The notes below the pieces were generated by a model. The model was given only the letters and a program-made list of their open reading frames with translations. It made no database searches and had not been told where the DNA came from. This document shows, piece after piece, positions 11,728 to 20,028 of a stretch of DNA of 32,000 nucleotides. A program made the translations under genes and the position numbers. Location of the stretch: positions 60,001 to 92,000 of the forward strand of contig NZ_JAGIOS010000001.1 of NCBI RefSeq assembly GCF_017876815.1. The letters run 5' to 3'. Source of the DNA: Sinorhizobium meliloti. Its GTDB lineage: Bacteria; Pseudomonadota; Alphaproteobacteria; Rhizobiales; Rhizobiaceae. Every line of letters starts with the position of its first letter. Within the stretch, counting starts at the first letter, position 1.

Positions 11728-13119
11728 CTAGACCTGAGACCGCTTCACCTCCCAGGTGGTCACTCTTTCGCCGGTCTCGGGATCCTTGCCGTCCTTGAGC
11801 TGGATGCCTCTGGCCAGGAGATCGGCACGGATGCCGTCGGCCTCCGCGTAGTTCTTGGCCTTCAGAAGCTCCAGGCGCTCACGTACACGGCCGTCGATCT
11901 CGTGAACGACCGCCTCGTCGAGTTCGACCTCCTTCGGCACCACGCCGAGAAGCGCCGCGCTCGCGGCGAAGGTCCCGAGATGGCGCGAGTCGGCGGAAGC
12001 CTTTTGCGCCAGCGCATGCAGCGCCTGAATGGCGGCCACGGTATTGAGGTCGTCCGCGAGGGCGGTGACGACGGCCGGGTCCGCCTCGCCTGCAGCGTCG
12101 CCGTAAACCGGCCATTTCGACAGCAGATGCTCGGCCTCCTCCAGCCGCTTGATCGAGAAGTCGATCGGTTCGCGGTAATGGGTCATCAGCATCGCCAGCC
12201 GAAGCACCTCGCCCGGCCATTTGCGGCCGCCGAATTTTTCCGTGTGAAGAAGCTCGTAGATGGTGATAAAATTGCCCTCGGACTTCGACATCTTGCGGCC
12301 TTCGACCTGCAGGAAGCCGTTGTGCATCCAGACATTCGCCATCACCTCGGTGCCGTGGGCGCAACGCGACTGGGCGATCTCGTTCTCGTGATGCGGGAAA
12401 ATCAGGTCGATGCCGCCGCCGTGGATGTCGAAGACGTCGCCGAGATAGCGCCCGCTCATCGCCGAGCATTCGATGTGCCAGCCGGGTCGCCCGCGACCCC
12501 AGGGGCTATCCCAGCCCGGCTCGTGCTCGGCGGAGAGCTTCCAGAGCACGAAATCGCCCGGGTTTTTCTTGTGCGCTTCGACGGCGACGCGGGCACCGGC
12601 CTGCTGCTCGTCGAGATTGCGCTTGGAGAGCTGGCCGTAATCGTCCATCGACCGCGTATCGAAGAGGACTTCCCCCTCGGCCTCGTAGGCATGGCCCTTG
12701 GCGATCAGCTTTTCGATGATCTCGATCATCCCGGCGATGTTTTCGGTCGCGCGCGGTTGCACGGTGGGATCCAGGCAACCGAGCACAGTCGCATCTTCGA
12801 GGAATTGCGTCTCGGTCTTCTCGGTCACATGACGGATCGCCTCGTTCAGCGGCAGCCCGGGATAGTCGCGCAATGCCCGCGCGTTGATCTTGTCGTCCAC
12901 ATCGGTGATGTTGCGGGCATAGGTGACGTGATCCGCGCCATAGACGTGACGAAGCAGCCGGAACAGGACGTCGAAGACGATGATCGGCCGTGCATTGCCG
13001 ATATGGGCGTAGTCGTAGACCGTCGGGCCGCAGACATACATGCGGACGTTTTGAGGGTCGATCGGCCGAAAATCGGCCTTTTCCCGCGTCAGCGTGTTGT
13101 ACAGCTTCAAAATCGGCAT
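11728..13119 (-). CDS. cysS: Cysteine--tRNA ligase
   Basis: Class I aaRS with HIGN (HIGH) and KMSKS motifs. N-terminus [14 protein letters not shown]. The start is chosen at ATG 13119; the track ORF begins 10 codons earlier. Confidence 0.9.
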   Translation of the reverse strand: MPILKLYNTLTREKADFRPIDPQNVRMYVCGPTVYDYAHIGNARPIIVFDVLFRLLRHVYGADHVTYARNITDVDDKINARALRDYPGLPLNEAIRHVTEKTETQFLEDATVLGCLDPTVQPRATENIAGMIEIIEKLIAKGHAYEAEGEVLFDTRSMDDYGQLSKRNLDEQQAGARVAVEAHKKNPGDFVLWKLSAEHEPGWDSPWGRGRPGWHIECSAMSGRYLGDVFDIHGGGIDLIFPHHENEIAQSRCAHGTEVMANVWMHNGFLQVEGRKMSKSEGNFITIYELLHTEKFGGRKWPGEVLRLAMLMTHYREPIDFSIKRLEEAEHLLSKWPVYGDAAGEADPAVVTALADDLNTVAAIQALHALAQKASADSRHLGTFAASAALLGVVPKEVELDEAVVHEIDGRVRERLELLKAKNYAEADGIRADLLARGIQLKDGKDPETGERVTTWEVKRSQV

Positions 13120-13542
13120 TCCGCCCATCCCAGATCTCCAAGTCTGCATGCAGCCGTCGCAATATAGTCGCCGGGTGGCCCCGCGCGTTTGTCATCTTGG
13201 ATTTATGGAGACGAAAACGGCCAGGCCAGCGGATCGCTAGCGAATAATGTTCCGGCAAATAATGCAGATAACCGTTTTCATGGCGACCCTTATCGCGCGT
13301 CGCCCGGCGCCGGTCAAGAGGCGAGCCACGTGCAAGCGAAAGTCGTCAATCTGCAACCATGACGGCCATGGATTTGTCACGATTTGGCTTATCTGGAAAT
13401 CATCGGAGGGGAAGGAGATTCGCGAATGCAGCCGGATACTGCATCAGGTCCTGTTTCCCGAGGAACAACAGGGACATGGTTTTCGTTGAAAATTCACGAG
13501 GGCTAATGTTCCCAATAGGGAAAACACCAAGGAAGACATGCA

Positions 13543-13692
13543 ATGAAGGCCGCCAAAATTGCCGAACGCAAGCCGCCGCCGTCCGATCTGCTGACGAAAT
13601 ACCGCCCGCTTGGCCTGAAGGCCGTCCTCGCAGCCGCGCTGCAAGTCAGGGCGAAACCGGCGGACAAGAAGATCGCGAAGCGTTCGGCTTAG
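13543..13692 (+). CDS. Small basic hypothetical protein (49 aa)
   Basis: Hand-translated as MKAAKIAERKPPPSDLLTKYRPLGLKAVLAAALQVRAKPADKKIAKRSA. AAGGAAG lies 7 nt upstream of the ATG. GC-rich third positions resemble host genes. The ORF is below the 60-aa cut-off of the ORF track and I recognise no family. Confidence 0.35.
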   Translation: MKAAKIAERKPPPSDLLTKYRPLGLKAVLAAALQVRAKPADKKIAKRSA

Positions 13693-13706
13693 TTCCGATC
13701 TGGGCA

Positions 13707-13868
13707 GCCCCTCATCCCGCTGCCGCGACCTTCTCCCCGTTCTGAGGGGGAGAAGGGACAAGCCTCGGCTTCACCGCTCACTCTTGAGCGGCTGAGGGCA
13801 GAGCGGGGCCGCGAGTCCCCTTCGCCCCGCTTGCGGGGAGAAGGTGGCCGGCAGGCCGGATGAGGGGC
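13707..13868. repeat. RIME/REP-like composite palindromic intergenic element
   Basis: Terminal inverted arms 13707-13738 (gcccctcatcccgctgccgcgaccttctcccc) and 13835-13868 (ggggagaaggtggccggcaggccggatgaggggc). Internal perfect 10-bp hairpin ccttctcccc/ggggagaagg (13729-13756). The left arm recurs inverted at nt 1-23. Confidence 0.7.
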
Positions 13869-13878
13869 GGTCCTTGGC

Positions 13879-14649
13879 TCAAAACAGCGACATCTGCCCG
13901 CCGTCGTCCCGATCGTCAGAGCGCCCCCTCTTCGGGATCGGCGCTATGGGCGCGACCTCGTCCTGGAGCTCAGGGCCGGTGTTGCCGACCTTGTTGACCT
14001 TGTCCGAAACGGGGATTGCTTCGAAATAATCCTCCGCCGCCGGGACCATGAGGTCGGCCACCTCGCGGGGTTCCTGGCTCTTGCAGTCGAGCCAACGGGA
14101 AAAGTCTTCGGGCTGGATCACGACCGGCATGCGGTCATGGATGTGACTGACGGCGCGGTTCGCATCGGTCGTAAGGATCGCCGCGGTGTCGACCTCCGAA
14201 CCGTCGGCGGAAGACCATGTCTCCATGAGCCCGGCGAAGGCCACGATCCCGCCCTTTTTCGGCCGGACCCAAAAGGCTTGCGAGGCCTCCCGGCTGCCCT
14301 TCACGGGGCGGCGCCATTCGTAGAAACCGGACGCCGGCACCAGTACACGGCGATGGCGCATTGCGGCGCGGAAGGCGGCCTTGCCGATCGCGGTTTCGGC
14401 CCGAGCGTTGATGAGCAGCGGAAACTTGCTCGGGTCCTTGACCCAGCCTGGGGTGAAGCCCCAACGGACGAGCACGGCCTTGCGCTCCGGCAGGTTGCTG
14501 CCCGGCTCCGGCCGATCGGAGGCCACGATCACGATTATCGGCTGCGTCGGCGCGATGTTGAAGCGCGCAGGAAATCCCTCCGCCTCAAGCAGGCCAAACA
14601 GTTCCAGCAATTCCTCCGGCGTGGCCGTAAGCGCAAAACGTCCGCACAT
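13879..14649 (-). CDS. SOS response-associated peptidase (SRAP / YedK-HMCES family abasic-site processing protein)
   Basis: The start is set at the ATG giving MCGRFALT..., because the catalytic Cys2 is obligatory for SRAP. The conserved RWG and FYEW segments are present. The track ORF adds 32 N-terminal residues that would bury Cys2. Confidence 0.85.
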   Translation of the reverse strand: MCGRFALTATPEELLELFGLLEAEGFPARFNIAPTQPIIVIVASDRPEPGSNLPERKAVLVRWGFTPGWVKDPSKFPLLINARAETAIGKAAFRAAMRHRRVLVPASGFYEWRRPVKGSREASQAFWVRPKKGGIVAFAGLMETWSSADGSEVDTAAILTTDANRAVSHIHDRMPVVIQPEDFSRWLDCKSQEPREVADLMVPAAEDYFEAIPVSDKVNKVGNTGPELQDEVAPIAPIPKRGRSDDRDDGGQMSLF

Positions 14650-14707
14650 GACATCGATGTGGCACTTCACGTAGTATGGGTCAACGACCGAGGTGATTTT
14701 CGATTCC

Positions 14708-15172
14708 ATGATGACCAAACAACCCGAGCGCGCCTCCTCCGCCATTCTCGAACGGAACGGCCGCTATCTTCTTGTCCGGCGGGCCAACCCGCCGTCAGCA
14801 GACATGTACGCTTTTCCCGGCGGCAGGGCGGAGCCCGGCGAGACGCCTGCGCAAACGGCATTGCGCGAACTCGCCGAGGAAACCGGCATCAGCGCCCGCG
14901 ATCCCGTGCTCTTCGAAATCTATGACCTGCCCGCTATAGGCCCGCAGGAGCGTCACTTCCTGCTCTCGGTCTTCACCGTCGAAGCCGATCCTGATTTGGT
15001 CGCGATCGCCTGCGATGATGCCGCCGGCGTTGGCTGGTTCACACCGGAGGAGATCTTCACCTTGCCCATTCCGGAAAGCGTGCGCGACTGCGTGGAGAAG
15101 CTGACGGCCGGCCGGCCAAGGCGTGTTCCCGGGTCAGCGACCGGCGTCAGTTCCGATTTGAGGGGTTCATGA
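14708..15172 (+). CDS. NUDIX hydrolase
   Basis: Nudix box GGRAEPGETPAQTALRELAEETGI. The start is uncertain: GTG 14693, ATG 14708 or ATG 14711. ATG 14708 is preferred because GAGGTG lies upstream. The stop overlaps the next gene (ATGA). Confidence 0.75.
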   Translation: MMTKQPERASSAILERNGRYLLVRRANPPSADMYAFPGGRAEPGETPAQTALRELAEETGISARDPVLFEIYDLPAIGPQERHFLLSVFTVEADPDLVAIACDDAAGVGWFTPEEIFTLPIPESVRDCVEKLTAGRPRRVPGSATGVSSDLRGS

Positions 15173-15612
15173 TCGATACGCGACTCCCGTCCAGACTGTT
15201 GCTGACAGGCATCCTCCTCGCGACCGCCGCGGGCGCGGCGGCTCAGGAAAAGCAGCCTGCCCCGCAGACGACCGCTCCCTCTCCCTCCCCGGCGCAGGAG
15301 GAAAAGCCGACTCCCTACGACCAGCGGTTGATCCGCCTCGCCGAAATTCTCGGCTCGGTGCATTATCTGCGCAATCTCTGTCTAGACCAGTCCGAGGACG
15401 GCTGGCGCCGCTCCACGCAGGAACTGATCGACAAGGAGGCGGCCGGAGAGCCGAAACGGCGCGAGCGCATAACCGCCGCTTTCAACCGGGGCTATCGGAC
15501 CTTCGCCTCGGTCTATACCAGGTGTACGGAGCCCGCGACGCTCGCGGAAGAACGCTACCGTGCCGAAGGTGCAACACTCGCTTCTGAAATCGTCGCCCGC
15601 TTTGGAAATTAG
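15169..15612 (+). CDS. Secreted conserved alphaproteobacterial protein (resembles TIGR02301 family)
   Basis: 147 aa with a signal peptide (LLLTGILLATAAGAAAQ), a Pro-rich linker and a conserved RLAEILGSVHYLRNLC...YTRC core. Translationally coupled to the Nudix gene. Confidence 0.6.
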   Translation: MIDTRLPSRLLLTGILLATAAGAAAQEKQPAPQTTAPSPSPAQEEKPTPYDQRLIRLAEILGSVHYLRNLCLDQSEDGWRRSTQELIDKEAAGEPKRRERITAAFNRGYRTFASVYTRCTEPATLAEERYRAEGATLASEIVARFGN

Positions 15613-15626
15613 GCAGATATTAACCT

Positions 15627-15661
15627 CTTTTTCCCTGACCCCGTGTCGTTTCGGGAAAAGG
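15627..15661 (+). terminator. Weak hairpin after the TIGR02301-like gene
   Basis: 9-bp stem ctttttccc / gggaaaagg (one G-U) with a 17-nt loop. No clear U-run follows. Confidence 0.25.
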
Positions 15662-15770
15662 CTGCTAAGTTTGTTAAGAGAGTGATAAGAAGTAACCGGC
15701 CTGTCTGCCCGTTCAGTTGCGGTTCAGCGGATAGGCGCTAGGTTAGCCACGTGCACGTATTGGAAGCCGC

Positions 15771-16040
15771 ATGGAACGAATGATGGAACCAAGCCTGACA
15801 GACATCGACGACATGATCGTCCACGAGAAGATGCAGGCGGCGCTCGAGCACCAGAACGAGGCTTGGGCGGATGGCATGGCCGACGGCATCGAGCCCGAAA
15901 TCATCGCCGATGCGGCGATTGCGCTTGCCATGCGCGAAACCGTCCGGCTTCATGGCGAAGAAGGTGCCGAGGCAATGCTTAATTCGCTTCGCGAGCGCAT
16001 GCTCGCCGGAGAATTCTCGCCAGAGCGGACGATTCAGTAA
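15771..16040 (+). CDS. Small acidic hypothetical protein (89 aa)
   Basis: Plus-strand ORF co-directional with its neighbours, with GC3-rich codons. The overlapping 554-aa minus-strand ORF is judged to be a shadow ORF. No family recognised. Confidence 0.5.
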   Translation: MERMMEPSLTDIDDMIVHEKMQAALEHQNEAWADGMADGIEPEIIADAAIALAMRETVRLHGEEGAEAMLNSLRERMLAGEFSPERTIQ

Positions 16041-16055
16041 CATCAGGACTGCCCG

Positions 16056-16799
16056 ATGAACCGGAACCCTGCAAACCGGGCCCTCCCGGTTGGTCTTGTT
16101 GTGCTGCTGGCGGGTGCGACTATGACTGCCACGCCCGTGCTGGCTCTCAGTGAGTTTCAGGGCGCCCCTGCTCCCATTGCCGGCGAGCAGAACGCAGCCC
16201 CAGGCGATGAGGCCGAAGAGGCCGCGCCGGAAGAACGGACCCCCCTTGAAATTCCAATGCCCGACCCTCTCGTCGACAGGACGGCCGTCGAGTTGAAGGA
16301 CGATGAGATTGCCGCGCCGGACGTGGTGGAGCCTGTCGAGGTGCTGACGGATGTCTCGAAGATCCCGGTGCCGGTGGCACGCATGCGCGAACTGATCGTC
16401 GAGGCGGCGGCTTCGGGTGACATCGAGCGGTTGCGCCCTCTGCTCGGCAAGGGCCCCACCCAGACCCAAGTTACCGCCACCGCCGGGGAAGACGACCCGA
16501 TTGCCGCACTCAAAAGTCTTTCCGGCGACCAGGACGGCATCGAAATTCTGGCCATCCTCCTCGATGTCATGTCGACGGGCTTCGTGCTTGCGGACAAGGG
16601 TACTCCCGAGGAGGCCTATGTCTGGCCCTATTTCGCCGAGAAGCCGCTCTCGTCGCTGACCGCCCCGGAAAAGGTCGACCTCTTCCGACTGGTGACCGCC
16701 GGCGACTTCGCCGGGATGGAGGAGTTCGGCACCTATAATTTCTACCGCGTCGGCATCACGCCGGATGGAAAGTGGAAGTTCTTCGTCGCGGGAGATTGA
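16056..16799 (+). CDS. Secreted hypothetical protein (247 aa, acidic N-terminal half)
   Basis: Signal peptide MNRNPANRALPVGLVVLLAGATMTATPVLALS with AGGA upstream. Co-directional with ygfZ. Confidence 0.6.
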   Translation: MNRNPANRALPVGLVVLLAGATMTATPVLALSEFQGAPAPIAGEQNAAPGDEAEEAAPEERTPLEIPMPDPLVDRTAVELKDDEIAAPDVVEPVEVLTDVSKIPVPVARMRELIVEAAASGDIERLRPLLGKGPTQTQVTATAGEDDPIAALKSLSGDQDGIEILAILLDVMSTGFVLADKGTPEEAYVWPYFAEKPLSSLTAPEKVDLFRLVTAGDFAGMEEFGTYNFYRVGITPDGKWKFFVAGD

Positions 16800-16907
16800 G
16801 CGCGTCTCGTGCCGGAGAGACGGAATGCCGGCGGATCCCGCTCGGGCATGCTTGCCCTTCCCCGGCAGACATCCTACCTCTTCAGGATAGAGAATAGGAC
16901 TCGACAT

Positions 16908-17756
16908 ATGCCAATGGTTTGCCTCGACGACCGCGCAATCATCCGCGTCTCCGGAAAAGACGCGGAGACCCTTCTTCAGACGCTGATCACGACGGACATC
17001 GCCGCGCTGACCGCGGACGAGGTCAGGCCCGGTGCGCTGCTGACGCCGCAGGGCAAGATCCTTTTCGATTTCCTGATCTCCCGCGACGGCGAAGCGTTGC
17101 GCCTGGAGACGACGGAGGATCAGGCCGAGGCGCTCGTCAAGCGCCTGACGATGTACAAGCTGCGATCGGCAGTGGACCTGTCGCTCAATTCGCCGGCGCC
17201 GGTCACGGTCGTGTTCGGAGAAGACGCGCCTGCCGAGAGCTATCGCGATCATCGGTTCGAGAAGGCGGGCGTATCCGTTTTCCGCCTCTATCGCGACGTG
17301 CCTGCAGCGGAAGCGGGCATCGCCGACCTTGACCGGCTGAGAATCGCGGCGGGCATCGCCGTTGCCGGCCGCGACTACGACCTGCAGGACGCCTTTCCGC
17401 ATGACGTGCTCATGGACCTGAACGGCGGCCTATCCTTCCGCAAGGGCTGCTATGTCGGGCAGGAGGTCGTTTCGCGAATGCAGCACCGCGGCACCGCGAG
17501 ACGCCGCCTCGTCATCGTCGCCGGCGCGGCGACGCTGCCGCCGAGCGGAACGAACATTTCCGTCGACGGGCGGCCGATCGGTTCTCTCGGCACCGTACTG
17601 GATCGGGACGGCCTGGCCATCGTCAGGATCGACAAGGCGGGCGAAGCGATCGCCAAGAGTGAGGCCATTCTTGCAGGCGACGTGCGCCTTACCCTGACGC
17701 TGCCCGCCTGGACGGGGCTTGCCTTTTCGAGCGAGGCAGGAGAGGCGAGCGCATGA
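16908..17756 (+). CDS. ygfZ: Folate-binding protein YgfZ (CAF17 family, Fe-S cluster repair / tRNA modification)
   Basis: KGCYVGQEVVSRMQHRG motif and an aminomethyltransferase-like fold signature (LLTPQGKILFDFLI). The start is set at ATG 16908 (MPMVCLDDRAIIRVSG). Confidence 0.85.
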   Translation: MPMVCLDDRAIIRVSGKDAETLLQTLITTDIAALTADEVRPGALLTPQGKILFDFLISRDGEALRLETTEDQAEALVKRLTMYKLRSAVDLSLNSPAPVTVVFGEDAPAESYRDHRFEKAGVSVFRLYRDVPAAEAGIADLDRLRIAAGIAVAGRDYDLQDAFPHDVLMDLNGGLSFRKGCYVGQEVVSRMQHRGTARRRLVIVAGAATLPPSGTNISVDGRPIGSLGTVLDRDGLAIVRIDKAGEAIAKSEAILAGDVRLTLTLPAWTGLAFSSEAGEASA

Positions 17757-18361
17757 TGAGTGCGCGTGCGTGGCAGCGTATGCTTTCCGGGCGGCGGCTC
17801 GATCTTCTCGACCCCTCACCGCTCGACGTCGAGCTTTCCGACATCGCCCACGGACTTGCCCGCGTGGCGCGTTGGAACGGGCAGACTTCCGGCGACCACG
17901 CCTTCTCCGTTGCCCAGCACAGTCTCGTTGTCGAGGAGATTTTCCGTCGCACCAATCGCTGCGACGCCCAGGATTGCCTGATGGCCCTGCTTCACGACGC
18001 GCCGGAATACGTCATCGGCGACATGATCTCGCCGTTCAAGGCCGTCGTCGGCGGCGGCTACAAGACCGTGGAGAAGCGCCTGGAGAATGCTGTCCACCTG
18101 CGCTTCGGGCTTCCGGCACACACGCCCAGGGAACTCAAGGAGCGGATCAAGAAGGCCGACCGTATCGCCGCCTATTTCGAAGCGACGGAACTTGCCGGCT
18201 TTTCCGCAGAGGAGGCCCGCAAGTTCTTCGGCCAGCCGCGCGGCATCACCCGCGAGATGTTGCTGATCGATCCCCTGCCCGCGGTCGAGGCGCAGCGCCT
18301 CTTCGCCACGCGCTTCAATGCGTTGGAGTCCGAACGCGCCAAGGCGAGGCAGGAGGCGTGA
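17753..18361 (+). CDS. HD domain-containing phosphohydrolase
   Basis: 202 aa with H...HD signature residues (SVAQHSLVV..., LLHDAPEYVIGD). The ATG overlaps the ygfZ stop (ATGA). Confidence 0.75.
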   Translation: MMSARAWQRMLSGRRLDLLDPSPLDVELSDIAHGLARVARWNGQTSGDHAFSVAQHSLVVEEIFRRTNRCDAQDCLMALLHDAPEYVIGDMISPFKAVVGGGYKTVEKRLENAVHLRFGLPAHTPRELKERIKKADRIAAYFEATELAGFSAEEARKFFGQPRGITREMLLIDPLPAVEAQRLFATRFNALESERAKARQEA

Positions 18362-18363
18362 CC

Positions 18364-18897
18364 ATGACGGCAATCGTCGTCTCGCCGCTTCAGCGCATCG
18401 CGGAAATGGCCGTCCGGCACGGCTGCCGCGAAATGCTGAGCCTGCTTGCGAAGGGCCAGAATTTTCATCGCCCGGCCGTCATCGACCATGCGAAGCATCT
18501 GACGATCGGCGTCAACGACATCAGCTTCGCCGGTACGGGCGGCCTGATTGCGCCGCAGGAAGAACACGTTCATCGGATCATCGATTTCGCCCGCAAATGG
18601 GACCGGACGCGGCCGATGCTCATACATTGCTGGATGGGCGTCTCCCGCTCGCCTGCGGCCGCGCTGATCGCCGCACTCGCCGTCGAACCGGACCAGGACG
18701 ACCACGCGCTCGCCAAGCGCCTCCGCGCCGCCTCGCCCTTTGCGACGCCGAATGCGCGGCTCGTGGAAATCGGCGACCGGGCGTTGTCGCGCAAGGGTGC
18801 GCTCGTCGCCGCGGTGCGAGCCATCGGCCGCGGCGCGGATGCCGACGGCAATGCGCCTTTCGTCCTGCCCCTGCAAGACGTGCAACATGCCGGGTGA
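18364..18897 (+). CDS. Protein-tyrosine-phosphatase-like (CX5R) family protein
   Basis: 177 aa beginning MTAIVVSPLQ. P-loop HCWMGVSRS (C-X5-R-S). The start lies 3 nt after the HD gene stop. Only the distal part of the 392-aa track ORF is used. Confidence 0.7.
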   Translation: MTAIVVSPLQRIAEMAVRHGCREMLSLLAKGQNFHRPAVIDHAKHLTIGVNDISFAGTGGLIAPQEEHVHRIIDFARKWDRTRPMLIHCWMGVSRSPAAALIAALAVEPDQDDHALAKRLRAASPFATPNARLVEIGDRALSRKGALVAAVRAIGRGADADGNAPFVLPLQDVQHAG

Positions 18898-19855
18898 AGC
18901 GCAGCCGGTCACGGTCGAGATCGGGCTCAATGCCGTGATCGTCGCGGTCGTCAGCCGCAGCCCGCGCATCCTCGCCGTCAGCGAGGCGGACGGCGACGCT
19001 CGCGACAGCCTGCCCTTCGGCCCCTTCGATCCGGCCCGCCACCGTACTTTCGAGGCGAGCCTGCGGGCGCGCGTCGAGAAGCGTACGGCGCTCAAGCTCG
19101 GCTATATCGAGCAGCTCTACACCTTCGGCGACCGTGGGCGCCAGCGTCTGCCCGGCGAGGAAGGCAAGCACATGGTGTCCGTCGGCTATCTGGCGCTGAC
19201 GCGCACCGACGCCGAGAACAACGAGAGGCTGGCCGAAGCGGGCGCCCATTGGCGCGACTGGTACGGCTATCTGCCCTGGGAAGACTGGCGTCTCGGACGC
19301 CCCGCGATACTCGACCAGAGCATCCTGCCCGCGCTTGCCCGATGGGAGTCCGGAGACGAAAAGTCGGCCTCGGCACAGCGTCGTTCACGGATACGCCTCG
19401 CCTTCGGCCTTGACGACTTTCCCTGGGACGAAGAACGCGTGCTGGAGCGCTACGAACTGCTCTACGAGGCGGGACTGGTGCGCGAGGCCGTGATCGACGG
19501 CCATTGCCGCGATCCGGAGAGCCCGGCTGCAGGGCTGGCGATGCGCCACGACCACCGCCGGATCGTCGCTACCGCCGTCGCGAGACTGCGCGGCAAACTC
19601 AAATACCGGCCGGTGGTCTTCGAGCTGATGCCGCCGGCGTTCACCCTCACCGACCTGCAGGCAACCGTCGAGGCAATCTCAGGGCGCCATCTTCACAAGC
19701 AGAACTTCCGCCGCCTCGTCGAAGGAGCGGAGCTCGTCGAGCCGACGGGGGAGACCCTGGCATCGACCGGGGGCCGTCCGGCCGCACTCTTCCGCTTCCG
19801 CCGCCAGATCCTTGACGAGCGTCCCGCGCCCGGCCTCAAGGTCGGCGGGCGCTGA
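18887..19855 (+). CDS. nadQ: Nudix-like NAD biosynthesis regulator (NadQ / COG4111 type)
   Basis: 322 aa from MPGEAQPVTVEIGLNAVIV. Degenerate Nudix-fold N-domain plus a C-terminal winged-helix-like segment (FTLTDLQATVEAISGRHLHKQNFRRLV...TGGRPAALFRF). Located near nadABC. The start overlaps the phosphatase gene by 11 nt. Confidence 0.7.
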   Translation: MPGEAQPVTVEIGLNAVIVAVVSRSPRILAVSEADGDARDSLPFGPFDPARHRTFEASLRARVEKRTALKLGYIEQLYTFGDRGRQRLPGEEGKHMVSVGYLALTRTDAENNERLAEAGAHWRDWYGYLPWEDWRLGRPAILDQSILPALARWESGDEKSASAQRRSRIRLAFGLDDFPWDEERVLERYELLYEAGLVREAVIDGHCRDPESPAAGLAMRHDHRRIVATAVARLRGKLKYRPVVFELMPPAFTLTDLQATVEAISGRHLHKQNFRRLVEGAELVEPTGETLASTGGRPAALFRFRRQILDERPAPGLKVGGR

Positions 19856-19955
19856 CGCTGCCGCGTCGCTGGCATACGCGCAAACGGCAGTTGTGACGGG
19901 TCTGCAGCGCGGGCTTACCGTCGACGGCATCAACTGCCGCTATAAGTGGCGTAGC

Positions 19956-20000
19956 CGTAAGCGAGAGCAGCGGCACTTGGTAATGGCTGCTTCTCTTACG
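19956..20000. terminator. Imperfect hairpin at the left islet border between convergent nadQ and the acyltransferase gene
   Basis: Arms cgtaagcgagagcagc / gctgcttctcttacg give about 14 bp with small bulges and a 14-nt loop. No U-run is present, so this may be a structural or terminator element only. Confidence 0.3.
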
Positions 20001-20028
20001 CCGCTATGCTGCTCATTCGCGGATTGGC

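Noticed and set aside
11701-13167. 488-aa plus-strand ORF opposite cysS; similar long antisense ORFs at 2492-3925, 6377-7498, 24802-25929, 25950-26999, 26552-27658 and 29025-30176
   Set aside because: Each overlaps a confidently identified gene on the other strand or in another frame (cysS, the ABC exporter, rarD, nadC, nadB, MFS). Each has the Arg/Pro/Gly-rich composition of out-of-frame GC-rich translation.
15738-17402. 554-aa minus-strand ORF spanning the 89-aa gene, the secreted-protein gene and ygfZ
   Set aside because: It lies antisense to three co-directional plus-strand genes, one of which (ygfZ) has unmistakable family motifs. The translation is Arg/Gly/Asp-rich low-complexity sequence, typical of shadow ORFs in high-GC DNA.
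17719-18363. N-terminal 215 codons of the 392-aa track ORF that ends as the PTP-like protein
   Set aside because: This part overlaps the HD-domain gene in another frame and is Arg-rich nonsense. The recognisable phosphatase-like protein starts at ATG 18364, right after the HD gene stop.
19888-19898. Possible target-site direct repeat flanking the islet (cagttgTgacg at 19888-19898 versus cagttgGgacg at 24279-24289)
   Set aside because: This is only a 10/11 match. A rough estimate for two flanks of about 150 bp gives a chance expectation of order 0.1-0.2, so it is not convincing on its own. It is kept only as a note in the insertion-site finding.
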